Assembly: GCF_009914755.1 (NCBI RefSeq)
Contig: NC_060928.1
Source: the human T2T-CHM13v2.0 reference genome, Homo sapiens
Length of the DNA: 64,000 nucleotides
Direction: 5' to 3' (one strand)
Below the pieces are notes generated by a model, which did no database searches, was not told the DNA's origin, and worked only from the letters and a program-made list of their open reading frames with translations. Shown here one piece after another: positions 45,560-64,000 of this stretch. Both the position numbers and the translations under genes were made by a program. Positions within the stretch are counted from its first letter, which is position 1, and the number at the start of each line of letters is the position of its first letter.

Positions 45560-45735
45560 CACAGGCTACCTTAAACACTTTACATACATTAACTCATTTA
45601 ATTTTTACAACAACCTGTGAGATAGGTCATGTTATCCTCACCTACAGATTAGGCAACTGAAGCTCAGAAAGGTTAAGTGACTTGTCCAGGGTCACACAAC
45701 TAGTAAGTAGCAAATTAGAGATTGAATCCAGACAT
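45560..45735 (-). mobile_element. MIR SINE
   Basis: CTCATTTAAT...ACTGAAGCTCAGAAAGGTTAAGTGACTTGTCCAGGGTCACAC. Confidence 0.88.
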
Positions 45736-47187
45736 AGCTTAGGTATCTAAACCCAAAGGAGGCTCAAGAAAATCAAAGTTTGATCTGAGTCTTGAAGGAT
45801 GAATAAGATTTCACTAAATGCAAAGGAGATTGGTGGCAAAAAGTATGAAGCAAAAAGAAAAAGGTAAAGAGTCTACTCCAATCTGCCTGGAGTAGAAAAA
45901 AATATAAGATTGGAAAGATAAGCTGGTACCTTTTACTGGTAACCAAAACAAATAAACAAAAAAAACCACTGAAACTTTTAAGCAAAAAATAGACAAGTCA
46001 AAATGACATTTTTTTCTGTTCTATGCTGTTTATTTGTAAATATCAGTTTTTGTTATAAAGTCAACACCTGCTCATTTAAAATATCCCGACAATGTAGAAG
46101 AACATATGGTAGAAAATAAAGTTTTAAAAAGATCAATCTGCCAAGAATGTGCAAGATAGATCAAATGACTGGAGGACTAGTTAGCAGATCTTCATGATAA
46201 GCCAGATTTGTAGATATAAAGACTTGAACAAGTGGTAATGAGAAGAAAACGATAAATGGGAAATAGTACAAAGAGAAGTGTCAGATCTCATCCACTGAAA
46301 GAACCTAAGGGATTAGAAAAAAGAAGACTTACATATGGTTTTGAATTAAACGTGGACAAATTGGAATATGACGTTACTCTTGACAGAAATTGGAAAGCTG
46401 GTTCTACAAAGACAATGATGAATTAAGTTGATCGTTTCCCTGAAATCATTGGTTCTCCTACACAAATGACTCTTCCTTGTATAACATGAGTCTCCAAAAA
46501 TCCAAGTTGGTATTTCCCAAAGCTTAGCCCTTGGCCCTCTTTTCTTCTTTTCCATTCTTTACCCTGCAGACAATGTATCATTCTCGTGCTTCAATGTTCA
46601 CTTCTGTGTTCATAATTCCTTAATTCTATATCTATATCCAACCTTAGCCTATCTTCAGAGTCACTATCTACTCTGGTGTGCTAAGGCTGCCACTTTAAGA
46701 CACATCCGCCATTTTATATTAACATATTCTCGAATAAGTGAAGTCATGGCACACCAAGTGAGGAAGACTACAAGGCGCTTTACTGCTAACCCATATGCTC
46801 AGTAGATCTTGATCATGGCAATCCATTAGAAAAAAACTATAAGGCATTTAAAATTCACACATGCCCAGCCATACTCGAGAATCTCTAGCGGAAGGTCATG
46901 AATGTATATGTTTAAAAACCTTCGTGAGTCTTTCTATTGTAAAATGAGGGTTGCGAATCACTGACCTGTGATGAGACGATCAATAGAGCTACAGCTCAAG
47001 GTCTGGAAAAAGCAAATAGAACAATCAGAAGTTGGAGTTAGGTTGCAGAACAGAGCTCAGCTCTTGGATGCAACAACCTCAGGAAATATGTAAAGGAAAC
47101 AAAAGATTAGATATGGGTTGCCCAGTCAAATGCAGGGATATTGGACAAAAAGGCCATAAGAAATATAGGAGGTGTTATAGCTTAGAA

Positions 47188-47376
47188 CAACAGTTTTGCA
47201 AGTGTGATCCCTAAACTAGCAGTTTCAGCGTCACCTGGAAATTTAGAAATGTAAAAGTCCTGGACCGTACCTGGCCTATGAATCCAAAACTGGTGGTGAG
47301 GCCCAGCAATATGTGTTTTAACAAGTGTTGCAGGTGGTAATGATGCATGCTAATATTCAAGAACCACTGGTCTAGA
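47188..47376. mobile_element. MER5A hAT MITE
   Basis: GGCCCAGCAATATGTGTTTTAACAAG...AAGAACCACTG. Confidence 0.85.
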
Positions 47377-47413
47377 ATCCCTAAGCATGGACAGAAGGAA
47401 AGGACCTAAGTAG

Positions 47414-47730
<317 letters not shown>

Positions 47731-47749
47731 GATCACAGAGAATTCTTAC

Positions 47750-48170
47750 AAATTAACCGTGTTCTATGCCACAAAGGAACTTTCATCTAACACTAAAGAA
47801 TTGATATCATACAGATGCTATTCCTGACAGCAATGCAATAAAGTTAGAAATCAATAACAAAAATCTGTAAAAAAATAAAATTAGAAACTAAAAACCACGA
47901 TTTTAAATAATTCATCAAGGAGATAAAAATCATACTGGAAATTACAAAATACTTAGAACTGACTGTTGACAAACATGCTACATATCAAATTTGTACAATG
48001 TAAATAAAATGATGCTTAAAGGGGCAATTATAATCTTAAATATGTACATTAGAAAAGATCAGAATTAAAAATAAATGGATTAAGATTGCAAACATAGATG
48101 AAATCTGCCATTTTCTAAATCTATAAAAATTAACTCAAGAAGAAATACTAAACCTGAATTGACTTATAAA
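47750..48170 (+). mobile_element. Old L1M ORF2 fragment
   Basis: CAATGCAATAAAGTTAGAAATCAATAACAAAAA...AAAATACTTAGAACTGA. Confidence 0.7.
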
Positions 48171-48171
48171 T

Positions 48172-48335
48172 ATAGTTCTGAAAGATGGATCCAGACCAGA
48201 GACAGTAGTAATACTTGGGAACTTGTTAGAAATGCACCTTCTCAGAGCCCACCCATACCTTCTAAACTAGAAACTTGGGGTGGCATCCAGCAACCTGTGT
48301 TTTAACAAGTCCTCCAGGTAATTCTGGTGCAGTTA
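48172..48335. mobile_element. MER5A hAT MITE
   Basis: GGGAACTTGTTAGAAATGCA...CAGCAACCTGTGTTTTAACAAG. Confidence 0.82.
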
Positions 48336-49034
48336 AAACTATAAAGTCCACACTACAAAGGAAGCTACTAAAATCATTTCATCTCCAATTTTCATCTGTG
48401 ATTAACACCAGAGATCTTGCTTACAATCATTATGCATGTTTGAATGGGTTTTCATAGATGAAGTTAGTGATAGTCGTGATAATGTATATTGCCCAAAATA
48501 TTTTGCCCCCACTTTGCATGAAGATGCTGTAAGTCTCTGGCATGCTCTGTAGCCTGCGCACTTCACAGTGGCACCCCAGCACCTTGAATTGCTCCTGTAT
48601 CCAGCTTTGAATTCAAGGGACACTTGTCTGGACTGTGCCTCTAAAATACAGTCATGTTAGCCTTAATGACATTTTCAAACAAGTTATGGCCAGAACACCT
48701 AAAACACAAAGATTTGAGACTTTTATACCTTTTTGGTGCCTGCTTGCTGTAAATAAAAGTTGTACATATTTAAGAATTTGCTCTGAAAATTGCTTTTATT
48801 ATGACCTGGTAATGAGGTGGTCAATGAATGGCAAGCCTCCATGTGCTTCTCTTTATAGGTTAGAACCTAAGAGTCATACATGACCAAACCGGTCTGGGCC
48901 AGTTCACATTAAGTGGATTGGAAGAGAGAATGGGAAAAGAAAATGAGTACAGACAATTCTTTTAAGAGATTCTGTAAAGGAGACCAGAGAAATAGGGCTT
49001 TAGCTGAAGGGGAAAACAAAGTCAAGAAAGATTA

Positions 49035-49392
<358 letters not shown>

Positions 49393-49415
49393 GTCTCCCC
49401 AATACATTGAAAGTA

Positions 49416-49637
49416 CAGTCATCCTCCAGTAACTGCAGAGGAATGGTTCTAGGACCTCTATTTGGATACCAAAATCCATGCTTATTCAAGTCCCAAAGTC
49501 AGCTTTCACATCCTGTGTATTCTGTTTTTAAGCTGCATTTGGTTGCAAATGTAGAACCTGCAGATAGGGAGGGACTACTGTACTGACCATATTTCTTGAA
49601 AAAATCCCTGCCTAACTGGACCAGCATGCGTCAACTG
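49416..49637. mobile_element. MER2/MER2B-like Tigger-family MITE
   Basis: TA|CAGTCATCC...GATACCAAAATCC...TCAACTG|TA. Confidence 0.75.
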
Positions 49638-50754
49638 TATTACAAAAAAAAAAAAAAAAAAAAAGATGGAGAGAGAGAGCTTATGATGCTCAAAAACATT
49701 AAGGTGTTTTAAATTAATTCACATTCTTATTCCGCTATGTTCTACATTTGAATGTGCACATATGCAATCTATTTATCATCCCAAAGAGTTTGGTAAATTA
49801 GGAAGTATATTTAGACCAATATAATCAGTTTTTAAATGTCTAGAGTTTTAGCCACTGGAAAACAGGGCTGTCTTAGGCCTTCTATTCCACATCTGTTATT
49901 CTGTTCCACTTCTATGGAATGCCATTCCCCTTCAACCACCACAAACAAACTTTCAACAGGTTTTGTTCTGCCGAGTATTCTGTTTCCACAGCTTCAGGTC
50001 ACAAGAAGTTTGGATAGGAGAGAGGGATTGTTTTGATAATGAGTCCTTCTCTTTTCCCGAAGCCTTAATCCTGATTAGAATGTTTAATTTTCTTCTGCAA
50101 TAAATATGCCCCAAGGTTATTTTCCCTGGCAAATTAGCCAGTCACAGTTTTTTTCATGGTCTGACTTCAAAAATTTTTCTTTTACAATTCCCTGCCTGGC
50201 AGAATTCTCAAGTTGAAGACTGACTCACACACTCAAATCTGACTTCCTGATTTGGCATTCTGATGAAAAAAGTGAGTCTCTTCAGGTGATACTAGTTATA
50301 AGGAACTAACCAAGGGAAGGTGACTACTAAATATCTAGAATTCTAGGAAAAAAGGCTTACCCAGTCAAAATACATTAGGTATACTTAGACAAGCACATTC
50401 TAAGACTTTCTAACCCACTATCCAGTTGTTTCTGTGAAAACATCTCCAAATTAGTTCCTTTTGGGAACCATAATTTTGAAACATTAATGCAAACTCTACT
50501 TTTCATCAGATTTAATGAATTGGTCTACTTCATTAAACAAATAACCTCTTATTCTGCGTTTGTCATTTCCCATACATTAAAGTCTCATTTTTAACAATAA
50601 AAAACAATAAATATTTGAATACAAGGAGTCATCTCTAAGGAGGTCGAAAATTCTATTGATTTTAAAAATATGGATCTTTGTTGGAAGATAATCATTGGTA
50701 AGGTATGAGAATACTCAATACTAACTTACATTTACCTAACTTTTGTTTCTTAAA

Positions 50755-50950
50755 GGACCTTCACATTCACTATCATATCTGATTGTCACAAGAAATGTAG
50801 GAGACAGGGTAAGGCAGGTATAATCATTGCCATTTGCAGATAAGGAAAGTGAGTTCAGAAATTTCAAGGACTTGCTCAAGTTCCCGCAGCCAATGAGTGC
50901 CCAAGACAAAACCCAGTTATTGGACTCCAGACTCCAAACCCAATGGTTCT
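50755..50950 (-). mobile_element. MIR SINE
   Basis: CATTTGCAGATAAGGAAAGTGAG...GACTTGCTCAAG. Confidence 0.75.
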
Positions 50951-51085
50951 TTCATGACACCACTTAATGTCCCATTTGAGTAAGCAGAAGACAGTAGATC
51001 TCCCAATACTATCCCTTTCTGAGGGGTTACATACCAATCCTTTGCCAATTGATTTAGTGATTGAATTCCAGACTGGTCTTACTGA

Positions 51086-51362
<277 letters not shown>

Positions 51363-51642
51363 TAATAAAGACGCTAAAGATTTAGAAGTGATAAAAAGAA
51401 ATATTTATAGTCAATACCATAATGTTAAACATTTTTTTAAAATCTCTAATATTAATTCATCAACAATAGAAGAGAAAAAGCATATGTTTGGTAGGAAAGA
51501 GACCATGCAAGGGTTTAATAAACTAACAGCATTTGCTATACAGAGCTTACAAAGCTTTCAGTCTAAGGTGACAGACTAAACACATATATTTACTTCTTAT
51601 TCCTTCCCAAACCCCACTTGAAAATATGAAAATATACATCTT

Positions 51643-55579
<3,937 letters not shown>

Positions 55580-56013
55580 GAAAATATACATCTTAAAGAA
55601 TAAATCCCTAACAGCACTGGAAACAAGAAAAAGTATAACCAGTAGACCAGAAATCTTGAGGAAATAAAAAGCAGATGGTATTAAACTGATGGAAAATTCA
55701 AGGCAGAGAAAACTACAACACACAATAAGTGTGGGAATGACATCTGTGAATGAGACTCTGCTAGAGAGAAACTGCAAGCTCTAAATACACAAATATGGGC
55801 GGGGCAAAGTGGATGATGAAATCATCAGGAAAACAAAGAAATACCTATAGAACAACCGAGCCAGCTGTGTCCCTTCTTCTCCCTGTCTATGGATATCTTT
55901 TGGCTGGACTATTCACTTCTAGAGACTCTAGCTGGGCAGGACTGCTAAAATAAGGCAGGAAACAGAAGCACAGCAGACTCTGAGGTAACTCCAGACATCC
56001 ACAATTGGCTCAT

Positions 56014-56137
56014 GCACACACACACACACACACACACATTCTCTCTCTCTCTCTCTCTCTGTCACACATACTCTGTCTCTCTCTTTCTCTGTCTCTCTCT
56101 CACATGCACCACACACACACACACACACACACACACA
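56014..56137. repeat. Compound (CA)n(CT)n...(CA)n microsatellite
   Basis: Direct reading. Confidence 0.95.
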
Positions 56138-56189
56138 AAGGGAGCAGAGTTCTAGTTGAAGATACTCAATTTACAATTATTAGAGCTAA

Positions 56190-56670
56190 TGAGAGAGTTT
56201 TCTGAGGGATCAAGATACAAGGTAAGTATACCAAAATAATGCCATTACTATAAAACAATGGCCCATTAAATGCAATATAATTGCATATTTATAATAACAA
56301 TTAAAATTTTTATATAATGTATTTAAGAATAATCAAATGAGAAGTGTAAGAAAACTATTAAATATTTTTTGAAAATTTTTTGTAAAAAAATCCTAATAAA
56401 CATCAAAATACATTATTCCTTTGAGTATAGGGAGATTCCATTGGTAACAGTATTCATTTTGACCAAATTGATATCTATAAATTCAATGCAATTCGGACTA
56501 AAATCCAAACTATTTTCAAACGAACTTGAAAAGTTGATTCTAAAGTTGACTTGCAGTAGTAAATCTGACCCCCAAAAGAAGTGCTTAAAAATAAAGAAAA
56601 GATGAGAAATTTGCCCTAACAAATATTAAAACAAACTATAATGCCATGCTAATTAAAACACAGAATCCAT
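56190..56670 (+). mobile_element. Old L1M ORF2 fragment
   Basis: CCAAATTGATATCTATAAATTCAATGCAATT...AAGTTGATTCTAAAGTT. Confidence 0.7.
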
Positions 56671-57094
56671 GTTAAAAATATAGCTATATCGATGTACACA
56701 TGGATATAGATACAGATATACATACAGACAAACACACAGGCTCCTCCAGGATATATCCAGTATCAACAATGGTGAAGGAAATCTATGAGACAGGACATAA
56801 ATAGAGCCTTCTTTACCCTTGCACCCTCAGTGCATCAGGATCAGCCAGAGTAACCCCTAGAGCCTGGAAGCTGATGAGACTGTGCAATTTAAGAACATTT
56901 TAAATACACTGTGGAGTATCCATAAAGATCAAATGATATCCATAAAGATCATATCCATAAAGTATCCATAAAGATCAAATTTCTAATGAGGGAACAGACA
57001 CAGTGTGCTTTCTTCAGGCACACGTGAATTTTGACCTCGTATCAGGACCTAAGAAAACACTTGCCTTGACACTACTGAATTTGAAAGCATCTAA

Positions 57095-57427
57095 TTTTTA
57101 GTTGTAGGAGATTGCCCTGTGCATTGCAGGATGGTTAGCAACATCCCTAGCCTCATTTTTATAAATAAATCAGATCATCTCTTTCTCTTATTCAAAACCC
57201 TTCAATGATAGCTTCTCGGCCTTTCAGCTAAGATCAAGCATAGTATCAAAACCCTTCAATGACTTTCTGTGAATTTACAATAAATCTAAACTCTCTACTG
57301 GTGCTGTGGCTGCCACCCAAATCTTCAACTCCTAATATTAGTAGAACTGCCCTCCCCACTTCACAGCTGTGACAACCAAAAATGTCCCCTTGGCATAAAA
57401 TTGCCTGCAGTTGAGAACCACTGCTAT
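57095..57427. mobile_element. MER20 hAT element split by an L2-like insert
   Basis: CCTGTGCATTGCAGGATGGTTAGCAACATCCCTAGCCTC | insert | GTGACAACCAAAAATGTC...GTTGAGAACCACTG. Confidence 0.8.
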
Positions 57428-57589
57428 GAACAATTGAAAGATAAAGTACATTCAACGGTGCACATTGCCACAATGCAATATTGGTAACACAAATCTGAGA
57501 TGGGCCCTCTATATTGCCAGATATTTTTATATTATACCCTAGTCAATCACTCATACTCTCCTGGAGTCTGGGACTAGTGACAATTATTT

Positions 57590-59975
<2,386 letters not shown>

Positions 59976-60085
59976 TATGAAATCAGTGATTTTGATGATA
60001 TATTCAAGCAATGATAATTAACACACGCATTAATTTTATAGCCTTTAGTAATGCATACTTGCCACTATCCAAAGTATATATTCTT

Positions 60086-60445
60086 TGAGTTCATGTCCTT
60101 TGCAGGGACATGGATGAAGCTGGAAAAAAGCATCCTCAGCAAACTAAAGCAGGAACAGAAAACCAAACACTGCATGTTCTCACTCATAAGTGGGAGTTGA
60201 ACATCGAGAACACATGGACACAGGGAAGGGAACATCACACACCGGGGCCTGTCAGGGGGTGGGGGCAAGGGGACGGAGAGTATTAGGACAAATACTTAAT
60301 CATGCCATGCTTAAAACCTAGATGATGGGTTGATAGGTGCAGCAAACCACCATGGCACCTGTATACCTATGCAACAAACCTGCACATTCTGCACATGTAT
60401 CCCAGATCTTAAAGTAAAATTTTAAAAAATTAAATAAATAAATAA
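60086..60445 (+). mobile_element. L1PA8-like 3' fragment
   Basis: GAGTTCATGTCCTTTGCAGGGAC...CTTAAAACCTAGATGATGGGTTGATAGG plus A-rich tail. Confidence 0.88.
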
Positions 60446-60463
60446 TTTTGTGCCTATATTCTT

Positions 60464-61443
60464 TTTTTTAGTGCAGGAAAGGGCTGTAACTTTATTTGTA
60501 TTTCCTCTTACACAAAACCATCAAAACAAGAACAGAGAAGGGATGAAAATCTGTTCAAACCCCATGTTCTCAGGCATATTCCAGGGAGCTCTTGAGGCTG
60601 AGTGCACAGCTTCAAATCCAGCACTAATTCCTCAACACCTGGCCTGAGGTCTTCAAAGACTGGTGGCTTGAGCCCTGCAATTAATTATAATCCCTTGCCC
60701 ACCTTGATATAAGGCAGGAAAGCAGATTGAAATGCTCCTCTTTGGTGGGCAAGGGGAATCACAGCCCATAAATGTACTACATCTTCTGTGCTACAGAAGC
60801 AGAACCTGAAGCTGCTTCCAAGGCTCTGGACACTTGCACACAGGGCTAGAGGCCAATGGTATATAAGCAGGCTGTGGGATTGTGAACAGCAGAACAGACT
60901 GGTGCTGTCATAGCCCACTGATACCACACCTTCTTAGAATTGCTGCCTCACCAGAAATGCACACAGATGGTCTGGCCTTCACGCACCATTATGGGCTGCT
61001 TAATAGGGAAGAGGATGGGAAACCATGAGAACATCCCAGGAGAGTGAGTCTCTGTCTGGACAGATACTCAGAGTGATGTACTGATAAAGCATCTTAACGT
61101 ATCCTGCAAAGCCATGCAGTACTGTATTCACCTCCACGGGAAACTCCAAGGTCCAGTAGCAGTTGTTGTCAATCGTAGGATCTGTGTTGGGATGGCTGAA
61201 GGTGAAACAGGGCTGGGATGCAGACAGCTGGTGGAGGTTGTGCAGTCGTACCACATAAGGCATCTCAAACTAGGCCTCAGGGTCACAGATCTTCTCCCTA
61301 CAGGCTCAGACCTCATTTTACAGCTTGGAGGAGGAGATGGGAGCCAGGAAGGAAGTGTATTCCCCGGGGATGCGCACGCCTTCATGTTTTAGGAAGTGCT
61401 GGGCTCCATGCAGGCACTCAGGGGACAATTCATTGTCAACAAA
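60464..61443 (-). pseudogene. PRMT5P1: 5'-truncated PRMT5 processed pseudogene (C-terminal ~200 codons plus 3' UTR; symbol from recall)
   Basis: Intronless [65 protein letters not shown] (stop 60846-60848); internal stops and frameshifts; AATAAA at 60491-60496; TSD TG(C/T)CTATATTCTT at 60451-60463 and 61455-61467. Confidence 0.95.
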
Positions 61444-62667
61444 CAAGCAAAAACTGTCTATATTCTTAAATTAAGATAGTACCTTATTCCAATTGTAGCA
61501 CTATTATAATAATGTTTCATTTTAAAACTCTGGTCTTATACCCTAGTAATGCAACTTACAGGTTATCATTGAGTGTGAGGAATTCTGGTATCTGATATCT
61601 GTCAACAAAGTGTCTGGAGGTCCAATATCTTTGAAGGACAGGAATCTTCCATCTATCTGCTATTAGGCAACTACTTTTGTACCTTTGAATGAATTGAGGA
61701 TGCTGGAGAGGATAAAGGTAACACTCTTTGGGTTGGTCCTTTATTTTAAAGAACACTGTCAATGAGAAGAAATATGTGAAAGCATTTTGCCAGGTTTGTC
61801 ATTGGGCACCCACTATGTTGTTTTAGAATAGCTCTAAGGTAAGTGGGAGCTTTTCCTAAAGTACATAGCTCTCAAATTAACATTGACCCTTCAGGAAAGT
61901 AGGATCTCCTTACAATGTTTCACTTTATGATGCACTTTTCAGAGAAACTGGTAAGGAAATGGGATATGCCTATACCTCTTCTACCTTTCTCACAGGAATA
62001 GTATGAAACTAAAAATGTTGGCTATAATTGCATTTTGAAAAAATTAAGTGAACTAGATGCAAACTACTATAAAAAAATTCAGTTCATACTGCGGAATATT
62101 CTATCCTAAGGTGGCCAGCATGCTATACATGGCTTTTAAAATTTGTGGGACCAAAGATTATACCTATAATATGTGTTTCCATTATAAAATCCAAATAAGG
62201 AAAATAAAAAAGAACATAATTTAACAATCATTTAAGTAATCTAGAAGAGAGAGAATGGATATAGTCTAACCCCTAGAGAGATGAGTGTAAGTGGACTCAA
62301 CCAGCCAAATCTGAAGATAGCCCACTAGTGAGGTGATTCAGGTTGTGATATAACAATGAGAGTGTTTCTGAAAAGGAATTGGGAGGGTATTCTGGTCAGA
62401 GCTAGTGGAATATGTGAAGGCTTGGAGGGAAGAGAGGGTGAAACTTGCATGAAAGCTATCAAATATATTTTTCTGACTCAACTCAAAGAGCATGCAGGCT
62501 CAAGGGTGAGACTTACCTATATTAAATAATAAATACAATCAAGTAGAATTTCAATTTGCAATGCTGATGGAGAGATGATACCACCAGAAGTTTTAGTTTA
62601 ATGTAGTTCAGGGTGGAAGAAAGTGAATATCCTTGCAGGGTTCTGGAATGGGGGTGTAGATACAAGC

Positions 62668-63043
62668 CATTACAGTCTGAATGTTGGTGTCTCCCCAGAA
62701 TTCATATGTTGAAATTCTCACCCCAAGGTGATGGTATTAGGAGTCGGAGGGTGGGGGGCGCCTTTTGGGAGGTGATTAGGTCATGAGAGTGGACTGCTCA
62801 CGAATGGGATTAGCACCCTTATAAAAGAGGCCTGAGGGAGCTTGGCTGTCCCTTCCGCCATGTGAGGACCCAGAGAGAAGGCAGCATCTGTGAACCAGGA
62901 ACCAAACACCTCACCAGACACCAAATCTGCCAGTGCCTTCATCATGAACTTCCCAGCCTCTAAAACTATGAAAAATAAATTTCTGTTTTTACAAGTTACC
63001 CAGTTTATGGTACTTCGTGAGAGCAACCCAAATGGACTAAGAA
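62668..63043 (+). mobile_element. MLT1A-type solo LTR
   Basis: ATTCATATGTTGAAAT...CCTCACCAGACACCAAATCTGCC...ATGGACTAAGA. Confidence 0.88.
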
Positions 63044-64000
63044 GCTAATATCATAGCGGCTCTATGAATTCTGGAACTGGCTTTGAATAAAGATAGAAAG
63101 AGGGAATGGGAATAGAGTCTCTCATATGAACTTTCAAGTTAATTCCTATGAGGTATTAAGGATAAAGAAAATAAATATTCTTGAGAAACACTACCACAAC
63201 CAGAACTAAAAAAAAAAAAAGAGAACATCTCCAATAAATAAAGCAGGTTAGGGCTTCACATAAAAGAGTTTAGAATTTTGTTTAAAACCATGTCTAAAAC
63301 TTCAGTATCTTCAATAATTTGGTTTAAAACAACATCTAAAACTTTAGTATTTTCAAGACATGATACTTTTTTAGTATCTTCAAGGCATGATTTTTTTAAG
63401 TCTCATGCAGACAGAAATTACAAACTGTAGCATGAGTAAACCTTACCTGGAGTGACTAACATCAACATAGCATCACTAAAATGATGAGTAGTAACGCATA
63501 ACCACATCCTCAAGACTCACCCATATCAGCATTTCCTAATGTGATTTAACTGCAGAATGCTTTAGGAATTATAAAATGTTGATAAAACACCAACCTAGAA
63601 GATATTATGCACATTTGATTAAGAAAGAGCAAAAAATAAATGCTTCCAGAAAATATCAAAATTGAATTCAGTTTGAGAAGAAATAAACATTGAATAGAAT
63701 CACAAATAAATTAAGTAGGAAAATGTTGTTATATTTTAGAGATATATAATGAACTACTTAGGGGTGAATGTCATGATGTCTATAATTTTTACAGTACTTC
63801 CACAGAAATATATACCTTTATGAAGCATATAAAGCAAACTGTGAACATTTTTTAATTCTTTCAAGCCCAAAGGGCAATTCATGAGGCAGCAAGTTGGAAC
63901 AAAGCTACGGAGCCCAGAGCAGAGCGGTGTGTACAAAAATGTCTGCAAAATGTCATTTCAAGCCATAGAAAGCAAGTGTAGATGTTATTAAGGGCTGAAT

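Noticed and set aside
61114-61469. Overlapping 83-92 aa ORFs
   Set aside because: Alternative and antisense frames of the PRMT5 pseudogene.

Overview
Primate (human-like) non-genic DNA, AT-rich, CpG-depleted and mostly made of interspersed repeats (Alu, L1, L2, MIR, MaLR/MLT LTRs, Tigger and hAT DNA transposons). I find no intact cellular protein-coding gene, RNA gene or CpG island. Main elements: an RPL31 processed pseudogene inside a full-length Tigger1; a 5'-truncated PRMT5 processed pseudogene; a 5.6-kb L1PA3-type element with intact ORF1 and dead ORF2; and a 3.9-kb L1PA2-type element with a twin-priming 5' inversion. From memory (unverified), this pseudogene pair matches human 4q31 upstream of EDNRA (RPL31P26, PRMT5P1). 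I cannot support a new biological system. The strongest unexplained signals are (i) a decayed, splice-acceptor-flanked coding-like exon at 22033-22314 (-) that I cannot assign to a family, (ii) seven non-consensus variants shared by two neighbouring L1s of different subfamilies, suggesting patchy gene conversion, and (iii) two locally templated insertions. Repeat subfamily calls are by eye against remembered consensus sequences, and boundaries of old elements are approximate.
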